Source of the DNA: Octopus sinensis
Taxonomy: Eukaryota
NCBI RefSeq assembly: GCF_006345805.1
Contig: NC_043007.1
Coordinates: forward strand, 5,518,001-5,582,000
Direction: 5' to 3'
DNA length: 64,000 nt
Position numbers and translations under genes: made by a program. Numbering within the stretch: position 1 is the stretch's first letter; each line of letters opens with the position of its first letter. This document shows positions 1 through 11,542 of this stretch, piece after piece. The notes beneath the pieces were generated by a model. It ran no database searches, was not told the DNA's origin, and saw only the letters and a program-made list of their open reading frames with translations.

Positions 1-475
1 ACGAATATATGTATGTACATATTCTTTTTTCTTTTACGTGTTCCAGTCATTAAACTGAAGTACTAGGAAGGAGCCAAAAAAAAGTTCTGTGAATATCTGA
101 CATGCGTCCATCATGGAACAAAACCGATCATGGTCTCTGACGAAAGTTTCATACTTTCTTAGTAATACATTCATAATTATATTTTATGAATAAATCCAAT
201 AGACACACACAAAAAACACACACACGAAACGAACTACTTGCACAATGTCCATAAATGAGAAGAGAAATGGTTGCATAAAAGTTTAAACTCTTATAAGTGT
301 CTACCTTTTAAGTGTAACAGTATTTTTGCCACAAAAAAGTGTTTTTTTAATTTAAGAAACCAAAATAGAACTAATTAAAAAACAAGCAAATAAAGAAAAC
401 AAAACAAAATACATATGGAAACATAAAGCTATAAAAAAAACGTTCGGAAGAGATTAAAGTGATATAGAAATTTAC

Positions 476-504
476 CTTGCAGATATTCACTTCTTCAGCT
501 CGCA
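476..504 (-). CDS. CPNE: Copine coding micro-exon (29 nt; (L)RAEEVNICK), C2A-C2B linker
   Basis: Minus strand reads tttatttcag|TG CGA GCT GAA GAA GTG AAT ATC TGC AAG|gtaaat. The phase-1 start fits the T left by exon 3433-3402 (T|TG=Leu). It matches the copine motif LxAEE(L/V)xxC(R/K). Confidence 0.85.
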
Positions 505-585
505 CTGAAATAAATTTGAATTCAAGATAAGTACAGATGCTCTTGTGTGTTTATAAGTGGTAAATGTCATGTAATTCTGTGGTGG

Positions 586-592
586 AATAATG

Positions 593-650
<58 letters not shown>

Positions 651-661
651 TAATAATAATA

Positions 662-719
<58 letters not shown>

Positions 720-730
720 TAATAATAATA

Positions 731-761
<31 letters not shown>

Positions 762-778
762 TGATAATAATAATAATG

Positions 779-856
<78 letters not shown>
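586..856. repeat. (AAT)n microsatellite
   Basis: About 270 bp of AAT with occasional GAT/AGT units; source of the poly-N/I/Y/L ORFs. Confidence 0.98.
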
Positions 857-861
<5 letters not shown>

Positions 862-1375
862 ATAATGGGAATGACTGGAACAACAATCGAAATAATGTTA
901 ATATTAATAATTATAGTAATAATGACAACAATAATGATAACAATAACAATGATGGCAATAATAGTAACAAAAACAACAACAACAACAGCAACAACAACAG
1001 TTATAATAATCTTAATGATTGGCGTTCAATACATATTTCTGCTTTGTAATTTGTGGAGGTTTAACTATTATATTCAGTGATGTTAAAGATTGAGTCTAGG
1101 GGAAGAAAAGAGAAGGAGTGAGGCAGAGAGAGAGAGAGGAGGGGTAAAGGAGAGAGAGAAAGAGAGAGATGAGGAACAGGGTAAATGTTTCCAGCGTGTA
1201 ATCTGCCAAGTTGCAGGACATGTTAAGTAAGATGTAAATAAATTTCACTGCAACCCAAGGAGTGTCAATGTGAAGACAGACATGTATACATACACACGTG
1301 CATACATATGCAAATACACAAATACATACGCACACACACATACAAGCACACACACACACACACACATATATATAC

Positions 1376-1515
1376 AATAGGCTTCTGTACAGTTTCCATC
1401 TGCCAGTCTCACTCACAACAAAGAATTGGTCAATTTAAGGTCAAAGTAGAAGGCATTTATCCCAGACATCACAATGTGGGATTGAACTTAAAGCCACCTG
1501 GTTATCAAGCAATGA
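1376..1515 (-). mobile_element. Degenerate tRNA-derived SINE head
   Basis: ggcttctgtacagtttccatctgcc...gggattgaact aligns by eye to the better-preserved copies at 24012-24339 and 26837-27226. Confidence 0.6.
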
Positions 1516-1717
1516 ATCCGTATTTTTGCCCTATAAAAACAGGTTTTGTTCCTATTCTGGAAAAAATTATTGGTATTTCTGTCAGTATTTTAGTAAATGC
1601 AGTTTTAAGCAGACCTCAGACTTTCTTCCAACTGAAGATACCCCATGGCTGGATTACAAGGATGAACGTTTAATTCAGTTGTAACTCATTTAATTAGCAA
1701 CACTACATCAACAACAG

Positions 1718-1765
<48 letters not shown>

Positions 1766-1789
1766 TACTACTACTACTACTACTACTAC
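1718..1789. repeat. (CTA)n microsatellite
   Basis: Visible tandem CTA run. Confidence 0.95.
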
Positions 1790-2527
1790 AATCAATTTTA
1801 ATAATGTTAATAACAATGCATTCAAATTTTGGCAAAAGGCTGGGAATTTTAGGGTCTGAGGGAAAATCGTTTATATTGATCCCAGTATTTAAGTGTTACT
1901 TTAACTCCTCAACCTTGAAATGAGGAAAGACAATGTTGACCTTAGCAGTTTTTGAACTCTGAACCTAATGAGTTGGAAGTAATAAGGCCAGATAATAATA
2001 ATAGTAATTATTGTTATTTTGGTTTGGCTCAGGTTTGGAATTATTCCTGGTATGGTTCATCTGGGTGGTGCGTTACTACCTGTAACCTTAGGTATCCACA
2101 AGTTTTCAGCAGTTTTTCAACTGCTTGAAACCCTTAATAACTCTTAAGTGCTTAAGAGACAAACTTTCTGTAAGAGCTCTATAGGGCATTCTAAGAGTCC
2201 CTGAATAAGGGTTGTTCAAGGATGTTGAATGAAACGCCTATGTTTCCAGAGATGAATTATGCAAACCCCAAAGAATTCCTTTCAACACACGGTATGATGC
2301 TCCCCCACTACTTCTGCTCGTAATCAGAGATGCACATATCGTCAGCCACTAAGAGACATGGTCAACTGGTTAAGGTCAAACAACTGACAAGCAAATCTGT
2401 GGTATTGAGCAGAATATTTGCTGTAGCCTATCTTTTATACCAAGACAAAACAATATACATGATAACACTTCCAATCACTTAAGATCAGAAGCCATGAGAG
2501 CCACTGTCTGGTACTGCATCAGGGCAT

Positions 2528-2539
2528 TTATTATTATTA

Positions 2540-2606
<67 letters not shown>

Positions 2607-2610
2607 GTTA

Positions 2611-2654
<44 letters not shown>

Positions 2655-2658
2655 GTTA

Positions 2659-2722
<64 letters not shown>
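2528..2722. repeat. (TTA)n microsatellite
   Basis: Visible tandem run abutting the 3' end of the Dong-like fragment. Confidence 0.97.
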
Positions 2723-2726
<4 letters not shown>

Positions 2727-3174
2727 TAGTTTTACTTTTAATAGCGTGCTTTCACTTCACTACCGAGCGCAGCTCTGTGTGCCTTGGGTATGTGCTGTGA
2801 TTTGTTGTGATGCTCTGATGGTTATTGTATGGAAAGTGTTCTGCGTAGGATGTGTGCAGTGCCTAGTAGTGCAATTTTCTGTATGTTATATGTGTTTCTA
2901 AGTCCTGGTGTTTTTTGTTATGTATTTGTCTGAATATTTTTTTATCATGCCTAATGCACCTACTATGATAGGAATTGTTTCTGTTTTCAGGTTCCACATT
3001 CTAGTTACCTCTATTTCCAGGTCTTTGTATTTTGAGAGTTTCTCCATTTCTTTTAGAGACACGTTGTCATCAGCCGGTATTGATACATCAATTAGAAAGC
3101 ATTTTTTTTTCTTCATGATCTCTGACAACTATATCTGGTCTGTTGGCCTTAATTTCTCTATCTGTGTGTATCGG

Positions 3175-3175
<1 letters not shown>
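2723..3175 (-). mobile_element. R4/Dong-clade non-LTR retrotransposon, 5'-truncated 3' end (restriction-like endonuclease domain + 3'UTR)
   Basis: Translates with frameshifts to IHTDREIKANRPDIVVRDHEEKKCFLIDVSIPADDNVSLKEMEKLSKYKDLEIEVTRMWNLKTETIPIIVGALGMIKK...QKIALLGTAHILRRTLSIQ* (stop at 2822-2824), with the PD..D..K RLE motif. (AAT)n flanks both sides on the element strand. Confidence 0.85.
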
Positions 3176-3257
<82 letters not shown>

Positions 3258-3287
3258 CATCATCATCATCATCATTATTTATCATAA

Positions 3288-3347
<60 letters not shown>

Positions 3348-3363
3348 TATTTTTATTATTATT
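3176..3363. repeat. Compound (TTA)n-(TCA)n-(ATA)n microsatellite with self-complementary halves
   Basis: A TTA run followed by a TAA/ATA run, seen directly. Confidence 0.95.
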
Positions 3364-3401
3364 AATATAACCTATATTCTATATATTTAATAAGTACTTA
3401 C

Positions 3402-3433
3402 AGATAATTTTTCCATTGTCAATTGCACTTCCT
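3402..3433 (-). CDS. CPNE: Copine coding micro-exon (32 nt; (L)GSAIDNGKII(L))
   Basis: ctaattttcag|A GGA AGT GCA ATT GAC AAT GGA AAA ATT ATC T|gtaagt. A perfect donor, and both phases (2 in, 1 out) join the neighbouring exons in frame. Corresponds to the GxxxxxxGxII stretch of copines. Confidence 0.82.
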
Positions 3434-4474
3434 CTGAAAATTAGAATCATTTTCACATTAGTGGCATAAATACATTTTTAGTGAACATCAAGTAAACATG
3501 AAATCAATTTCAACTAAAGACATGAACTATAAAAACACTTTATGATATTTAGTAAGCAACGATGTGTACAGATACTGTTAACATGTTCTGAAAGACTCAA
3601 GCATGAACATAGCGTTTTGCTGTTGGATTTCTTCTCAGAGAACAACTTCTCCTTCTAGCCAATGTGGGTGAATGCACGCATTCCAGGTGACATTAGCGGA
3701 CTATCAGACACCGGCGTCTCTACATGGTTATCGCTCCTCAGTGACAGATATCACTTAGTCCTTTGGAGTTAGATGGGAACAACGGTTCATAACTATAGTA
3801 ATCAATAGGCAAAACGTATGCTTATGTGTGTTCGAACCTGTAACGCAGATATTCATGGGTCAGGATATTAATGTACACATTCCGGCGGACCTGAATGTGA
3901 ACATAGCTTTTTGGTGTCGGATTTCGTCACTGAGAATGACTTCTTTCTACAGAATGTCCTCGTTTCAAATGATGTCTTTGTGCATATATCAGTAAATATT
4001 CGCTGATTTCTGTATGTGACAGTAGTTGTTCCTGTGTTCTAGCAGATGACCTGGTAGTATCTATCACTGAGAAGGCACAACTATGCCGAAACACCGGTGT
4101 CTGACTATTCACTGTTACTTGGAATCAGTGGTTTGTTTACATAGAGCATTAATAGGAAGGTGTCGTTCTCCTAGACGAATTCTATAAAAACAAATTGTGT
4201 TCGAGTTTTGCAGATCGTGTTAAGAATGGACGTAAACATTATTGTCTCCATCCTCCATGTTTTGCATTTAACTAAGGAACAATTCCACAGAAGTTAGGGG
4301 AGGCCCTACGGATCACTAAGGCAAGCACGCATTCTAAGTTCACATCCCCTAGTGTACCGGCACGTGCTCAACGTAGGCCAGTTCATTCAGACTATACGCG
4401 CCACTCTCAAACAATCTTCAGCAAATGCAATACACAATATTTTACATTCAGCTCTTAAATACACTAAGAAAATC

Positions 4475-4760
4475 TTCGTCATCATCATAATTATTATTGC
4501 CACCACCACCACCACCACCACCACCACCACCATCACCACCACCAATACCCCCACCAAAACCACCACTGCCACCAAAACCACCCCCTCCACCAAAACCACC
4601 CCACCCCACACTAAAACCACCAACAGCAGCACCACCAGGAAAACCACCACCACCACCAAAACCACCCCACCCCACACTAAAACCACCAACAGCAGCACCA
4701 CCAACAAAACTACCACCACCACCAAAACCACTACCACCACCACCATCACCATCACCACCT
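4475..4760. repeat. (ACC)-rich compound trinucleotide repeat with an internal 66-bp duplication
   Basis: caaaaccaccccaccccacactaaaaccaccaacagcagcaccacca occurs at 4591 and 4657. Confidence 0.85.
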
Positions 4761-5354
4761 TGCGTTGGTCAAGTATGGAATAGTGGATGTCAGTATGTTG
4801 AGGGCAGTATATTTTGAGCGTTTTCGTCGAATGCTGTTCCTGTTGCCTACCCTTACCTGTTTTCGAGCAAGATAATAATCGCCGACGCTATCGAACAGCC
4901 CGGACACAAGTTATGCAGGGAAAAGGAAACAAACGACACCGTTTGAATATGCATTTTGCTTACGAAGATAATGCAACATGTCATGAAATCAAGACACGCT
5001 TTCGCTTCGGAGTGGACACGTATCGCGGAGGACACGCTTCCGCAAATGACACGGTCAGTAAGGCCATTGTTTACAATCGATAAAGACACGTGAAGACAAG
5101 AGAAGTATGAACTCATTCACACAAATTTATACTCTTGCAGTGAGATGCATGAACATATTTACACACACACACATATAAAGATGGGCTTTTATAGTTTCTC
5201 TCTACCTACTTCACTCATAACGTTTTGGGCAACTGCAGACACAGGACCAAGCCTACAGGGCCCACGAAGTGGGGAAATTAATTTAGTTTAAAATATACAA
5301 ATTTATTATAAAACCCCTGCATAAATTTAAATTTAAAATTCTTATAAATTTAGT

Positions 5355-5356
5355 TT

Positions 5357-5404
<48 letters not shown>

Positions 5405-5429
5405 TATAGATTATTATATATATTATAAT

Positions 5430-5461
<32 letters not shown>

Positions 5462-5688
5462 TTTATATATATTATATATATAGATATATATATACATATA
5501 TTTATATATATTATAGATATATTATATATATATTATATATAGATATATATATATATATATGTATATATAACATATATATATATATATATAATATATATTA
5601 TACATATATTTATATATATATATAAGTATACATATATTATATATATATATTATATATATACACATACAACATATATATAGTATATATA

Positions 5689-5726
<38 letters not shown>

Positions 5727-5765
5727 CATACATATATAGTAATATATAATATATATACATATATA
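5355..5765. repeat. Degenerate (TA)n microsatellite
   Basis: Visible; directly abuts the 5' truncation point of the CR1-like LINE. Confidence 0.95.
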
Positions 5766-8572
5766 TGGGTGGAACTGCCATTTTCCTGCATGATTCATTT
5801 ACGGCAGATGGAAATAGTATATTCTCCAATGGCTACTGTGAATCAGTCACCGTGCACAACAAAGCCAATGACCTGACAGTAATTGGGCTCTATAGGCCGC
5901 CCCAAACACCCATACTGTGCTTTAAATAATGCCTCAACAGCATTAAGTGCTTTATTCAACAGTGCCATTCTAGCAACATACTCATGATGGGAGACTTCAA
6001 TCTACCCTGTGTTGACTGGACTACAAACTGTTTGAAACCAAGCACTCCCGCCTCAACCGCTGACAAAGAAGCAGCAGAGTCACTTTTCGACTTTACGAAT
6101 GAGTTTTTCTTGTCCCAACTTGTCCTTGCACCAACAAGACATCAGAACATTTTGGACCTAGTGTTTAGTAACCACACTAACACTATACATAACGTTACAG
6201 TGGAAAAAACTTCTTTCAGACCATGACATGGTTCTCTGTAACATGAAATTCCACCAGCCGAAAGCTAATCCTAGTGACCTTCCTCCAGCCCACCCATTTG
6301 ACAACATGGATCTCCATAAAGCCAACTGGGATGCAATCAGGAACGAGCTATCAAATGTTGACTGGTCCTTTACACATACACACATCTCCACCAACCATAA
6401 AACATCTTGGCAGATCTTTGTAGACACCGTCACAGACATATGTGCAAAACACTCCCCACCAAGACCTGTGAACAAAAAGTGCAGAATCCCCCAAAACAGA
6501 AAAACCATTATCAGAAATAAAAGAACAAACAAAAAAATTAACAAACTAAAGTACTGCCAACAGCAACACACACATTCGACGGCTATCGCACTGCTTGAAT
6601 CCAAAAAATATAACCTCCAACAATGCATGAAGACCCTCATCAATAACCAAAGATCAGCTGAGGAGAAGTGGGCCATTGAAAAAATCAAACTCAACCCCAA
6701 AGTGTTCTTTTCATTTGCGAGGAAACGCAGGGTCACTGTCTCCACTGTAGGCCCTCTAATTGACGAAACTGGCACTCTCCAAGATAATGCCAAATCCATG
6801 GCCGAGATACTGCAGAAACAATACTGCTCTGTTTTCAGCAATCCTGATATGGCCGATCTGGGCTGTATCAGTGATGTCAACCCCCAACACACTATATCGG
6901 ACATAACGTTTAGTGCCCCTGATGTCTTAGCGGCGATAAACGAAATAAAACACAATTCAGCAGTAGGCCCCGATAGGTTCCCTGCTTGTGTCCTGAAGGT
7001 GTGTCGACACCAACTTGCATCTCCCCTTGCTAATCTGTGGAGAAACTCACTGGATGCTGGCTATATTCCAAAAAACCTTCTGTCCCAGTCTGTTGTCCCA
7101 GTTTTCAAAAAGGGAAAAAGTCCCTTGCAGTGAATTACCGTCCGATCTCACTCACCTCTCATATCATCAAGGTATTTGAGAGGGTGGTGAGATCTCGAAT
7201 AACCCAATTTCTGGAAAGCAACAGACGGCTGATCTCCAACCAACATGGGTTCCGTAATGGAAGGGACTGCCTAACGCAGCTCCTGCATCACTTTGAGGAC
7301 ATTTTGAGAGCTTTGGGAGAGGGCTCCAACACCGATGTCATCTACCTTGATTTCAGTAAGGCCTTCGACAGGGTCGATCACAAGATCCTATTGAAAAAAC
7401 TATCCAACATGGTGTCTCTGGAAAGTTACTGAAATGGATTAAGTGTTTCCTGACAGACAGATCTCAACATGTTGTAGTTGAAGGGGTAAAAAATCAAGCC
7501 CAGCCAAAGTCAGTAGTGGCGTTCCGCAAGGCACTGTGCTGGGCCCACTTCTTTTCATCATTTACATTAATGACATTAATGACATCATCAAGCACAGCAA
7601 CATAAAAATCTTGCAGATGACTCCAAGCTACAGAAGGTCATAAATGAGGCGAGTGACCGGACATGCCTTCAGTCAGATCTACTGGCTGTTATCCAATGGG
7701 CAGAAAAAAACAATATGCTGCTGAACGAGGATAAATTTGAGCTAATCCACTTTGGAAAAGAGGATGCCCTGAAACTCCCATACTCCCTTCCTTCAGGTGA
7801 AACTCTCGCTGCGTCCAACAACATCAGAGACTTGGGAGTAATTGTGGACAACAACGTAAGCTGGGCCACTCATATAAACACCAAAGTTGACATGGCCCGC
7901 AGAATGTGTTCCTGGATTCTCAGAACTTTCCAGTCGAGAGATATCCACACCATTATCCTTCTCTTCTCCACTTTTGCCCGACCCCACCTTGAATACTGTT
8001 GTCCACTGTGGTCTCCCCACACAATACAAGGTATCATAAAAGTTGAAGCACCTCAAAGGGCAATCACAAAAAAGATAGAGCATGACAGGCCTCGACTATT
8101 GGGGTCGGCTAGAAAAGCTAAAACTCTATTCTCTCCAACGTCGTCGTGAGCGCTACATCATCTGCATGATGTGGAAAATATTCCATCAGCATTGCCCAAA
8201 TGATGTTGGCATCACCTTTAAGGTACATCCAAGGCTTGGGCCCGTGCCATCCGCCCAAAACAAAAATCGCACTCTCATCTCATAACAACAATACGGCACA
8301 ATTATTTCACCTCAATTGGCCCCGCTCTCTTTAACATTACACCAAAACACATTAAAACAGAAACTGACCCTATAGGGTTCAAGAAGTCTTTGGACAGATT
8401 CCTTCAAGAAATCCCGGATAAACCCCTACAACCGGATATGTCTCTGTAAACAATAACTCTCTACTTGAGTGGGCCATAGTGCCCAAATTCTGACTTGAAA
8501 GACTTCACCAGGTGGTGCTATTAAGTTAGACATGGCCTGGGCCAATAATGGCCGAAACCTATCAAAGTATCA
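5766..8572 (+). mobile_element. CR1/L2 (Jockey-group)-like LINE, 5'-truncated ORF2 (AP endonuclease + reverse transcriptase + 3'UTR)
   Basis: APE motifs GGTAIF, IGLYRPP, GDFNLP and SDH (6216-6224). RT motifs [42 protein letters not shown](F)ADDSKL, then RPHLEYCCPLWSP. There is a stop at 5927-5929 and several frameshifts. It ends in a short tandem tail (tatcaaag)x2 followed by (TA)n. Confidence 0.93.
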
Positions 8573-8680
8573 AAGTATATATATATATATACACATACAT
8601 ACATACATATATATGTATATATATATATATACACATACATACATATATGTATATATATATATATACACACACAAACATAT

Positions 8681-8725
<45 letters not shown>

Positions 8726-8745
8726 ACTACATATATATATATTGT
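8573..8745. repeat. (TA)n/(CA)n microsatellite
   Basis: Visible; 3' flank of the LINE. Confidence 0.95.
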
Positions 8746-10375
8746 ATGATTGATGAGGTAAGAATACTTAGAAACCCAATAAATCTATTTTATCATTGCC
8801 AATTGAAACTGGATAATCACGTCAACCGTATTTTATGGAGACCTGTATAGGATACTATTTTCCCGAATAATCTTAATTTGCAGATGACTTGTGACCTAGA
8901 ATAGCGAACGCAACTCAGCGTATCATTGAAAATCAGACAAGAATTGTATCTCAAGAATGGCAGATTTACATCATGATTCGTATATGTCAGGATGGGAGAT
9001 GTTGGAAATCAACGATATGATAAAAAAATATTAAAAAAAACAACAGGAAAATTATTCCACTTAATTCCATCACAAATTAATTCTTCCATATATAGAACTT
9101 CATCATCTTCGTCGTCGTCAAAATCATCATCATCATCATCATCAATCATCATCATCATCATCATCACATTCATTGTCTTCCTCCTCCTCCTAATCATTAT
9201 TACCCCCACCAGCAGCAGCACTCTACTACCACCACCTTCGCTATCACCGTCTCCATCACCGCCATCAGCCGTGTGCTATAATGGCCTTGGAATTACTGGT
9301 ACAACCTGTCAACAGAGTTCTATACAGTGTAGCATGTTTCCTTCATAAACTTTGTGTTGACTTGAGACTGCGGTAAAAAACAAATTAAATTTCTGAAATC
9401 GCCGAACACTAGTATCGAACTCTGGGTTATATGAGTGCAAAGTGAACTTCTGAACAATTTGGGGGTGTTTTCTGTTTAACTGCACGTGGGGAAATTTCAA
9501 ACTTTGCAGAAAATGTTAAAATTTGGTGCATTGATGTAAGTTTCCACGCTGAATCTCAGGAGATACCTTTTCCAGAAATTTTACACGGGTTTAAAATTTG
9601 ATAACTTTAATCCAATCAGAAAACAGGATTTGGAAACAGTCATTTTGTGCGGGACAGCAGGTGTTGTCAACTGCAAACAAATGAAATATTGGCGGAATTC
9701 TGTTTTACCCAAGGAACCCCTTATAACTTGTTTTATGTTTTGAAATTTTAAGAAAATTTTTTGCGAATTTGTATTCTATACACGGAAATTCACACGATTA
9801 TACAAAAAGAAAAATAATTTCGTACGTGATGTAAGGCCTATTTAGCGGTTATTTTTAGCACACCTCATACCACATTGTTTTAAGCATTTAATAAGTGGCA
9901 AAAAGAACACGCAGAGAGCAGATTGGTGACACCTTGGATTGTTACAATGGAAACAGGCACCTATATGTCTGTGGCTTTCGAGTGGCTAAAATTACTCAAC
10001 ATTTGGAACCATAAAAAGACATTTACTTTTATTGATTTATAGCGAAAATGAATTTCATGTCACTGATTACTTTACAAAACTACACCAATACGTCAAATTT
10101 TAGAGCAGTTAGAACAAAAATTGTTAAGTGGCAGCCAAACTGAAAAGATTTAGGGAATCCCTAATGTATAAACATAAACTGAAAATAGACAGCAGTTTGC
10201 AATGTTTTACCAAAAAGGAAAATTATAACTGCTCTTAAACGTGACTTGGGTGTTAGAAAAGCCTATATTGCTAGACATAAGTGCTAAAATGCACTCATAC
10301 TGTAATCAAAGCACATAATTGTATAAATGCATACAGACAAGGACTATAATTGTCTGGAAACACCGTTTGAGAATT

Positions 10376-10425
10376 CCTTATACTGAATTCAGTTTCGGCA
10401 ATTTCCGTTGCCTCATCAGGCACAT
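10376..10425 (-). ncRNA. Hammerhead ribozyme motif (type I, Penelope-type) with stem I disrupted
   Basis: Minus strand: atgtgc CTGATGA GGCAA-cggaaa-TTGCC GAAA CTGAATTCAG TA taagg. The core is canonical, stem II is a perfect 5 bp, stem III is the palindrome ACTGAATTCAGT and the site is GUA, but the stem I strands do not pair. Confidence 0.65.
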
Positions 10426-11219
10426 ATATACCTACATACTTACACACACAGGCACATGTATAAATATATACATGTATGCATGTGTGTATGTATGTGTGAT
10501 CCTGTGTGTGTGTGAGTATGTTTGTGTCCCCATGTCTTAACATCGCTTGATTGGTGTATAAATGAGTGTCATTCTCATACAGGCAATGTCATTGCGGAAA
10601 ACGTGTCTCGTTATTGGAAAATATGACGTTAGTTGGAAAGAGACTAGGGTTGGCGATGAAATGGGCATCCGGCTGTAGAAAATTTGCCTCAATGTATTCA
10701 GTGAACGCTAGAGCGTTATATGCATTTATTCAGATAATGAATACATAAACTTAAATTAAAATGGGAATAAATCATCTATTAAGAAGGAATTAGTATATTT
10801 TAATGCATCTCTTGAATGCTTTCTCTCATTCTTCTATACACAAGTATACAATCTTTCCTCCCTCATCTCTCTCTGTCTCCATCTCTCCCCATCTCTCTCT
10901 CTCTCCATATATATACATATATGTTCATGTATAAACGCCTTAGTGTCTATATATATTCATGGAATAAACGCCTTAGTGTCTATATATGTTCATGTATAGA
11001 CACTAAGGCGTTTATTCCAAAATTTTATATATCTATCTTGACCATATATTTATATATATATAATACATGTATATTAAACATATATCTATATATAATATGC
11101 TCTACGAACCTTATGCAGGCCAGTTTTGAGCGCTCTGCATCTCTGCTACAAAATAGAATATAGCGAGATAGATTTCTAGAAAGAAATATATTACAATACA
11201 GTATAATATGCAATATATA

Positions 11220-11299
<80 letters not shown>

Positions 11300-11323
11300 A
11301 TATATATATATATATATTTATGT

Positions 11324-11398
<75 letters not shown>

Positions 11399-11451
11399 TA
11401 TGTTGTATCATATATATGTGTATATATATACATGTTATATATATATGTGTA

Positions 11452-11485
<34 letters not shown>

Positions 11486-11542
11486 CTATATATATATATA
11501 TGTATGTATATGTGTGTGTGTATATATGCAAGTATATATATG

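Noticed and set aside
505-539. Extending the 29-nt exon upstream to a single 64-nt exon
   Set aside because: It would need a GAG acceptor with no pyrimidine tract, and gives a non-copine peptide (ICTYLEFKFISV).
1510-1570. Minus-strand GQKYGFI as the copine linker exon
   Set aside because: It runs into stop codons with no suitable donor; exon 3433-3402 fits both phases with consensus splice sites.
9325-10302. TA|CAGT...ACTG|TA-bounded MITE
   Set aside because: Terminal similarity beyond 4 bp is weak and there is no second copy in the window.
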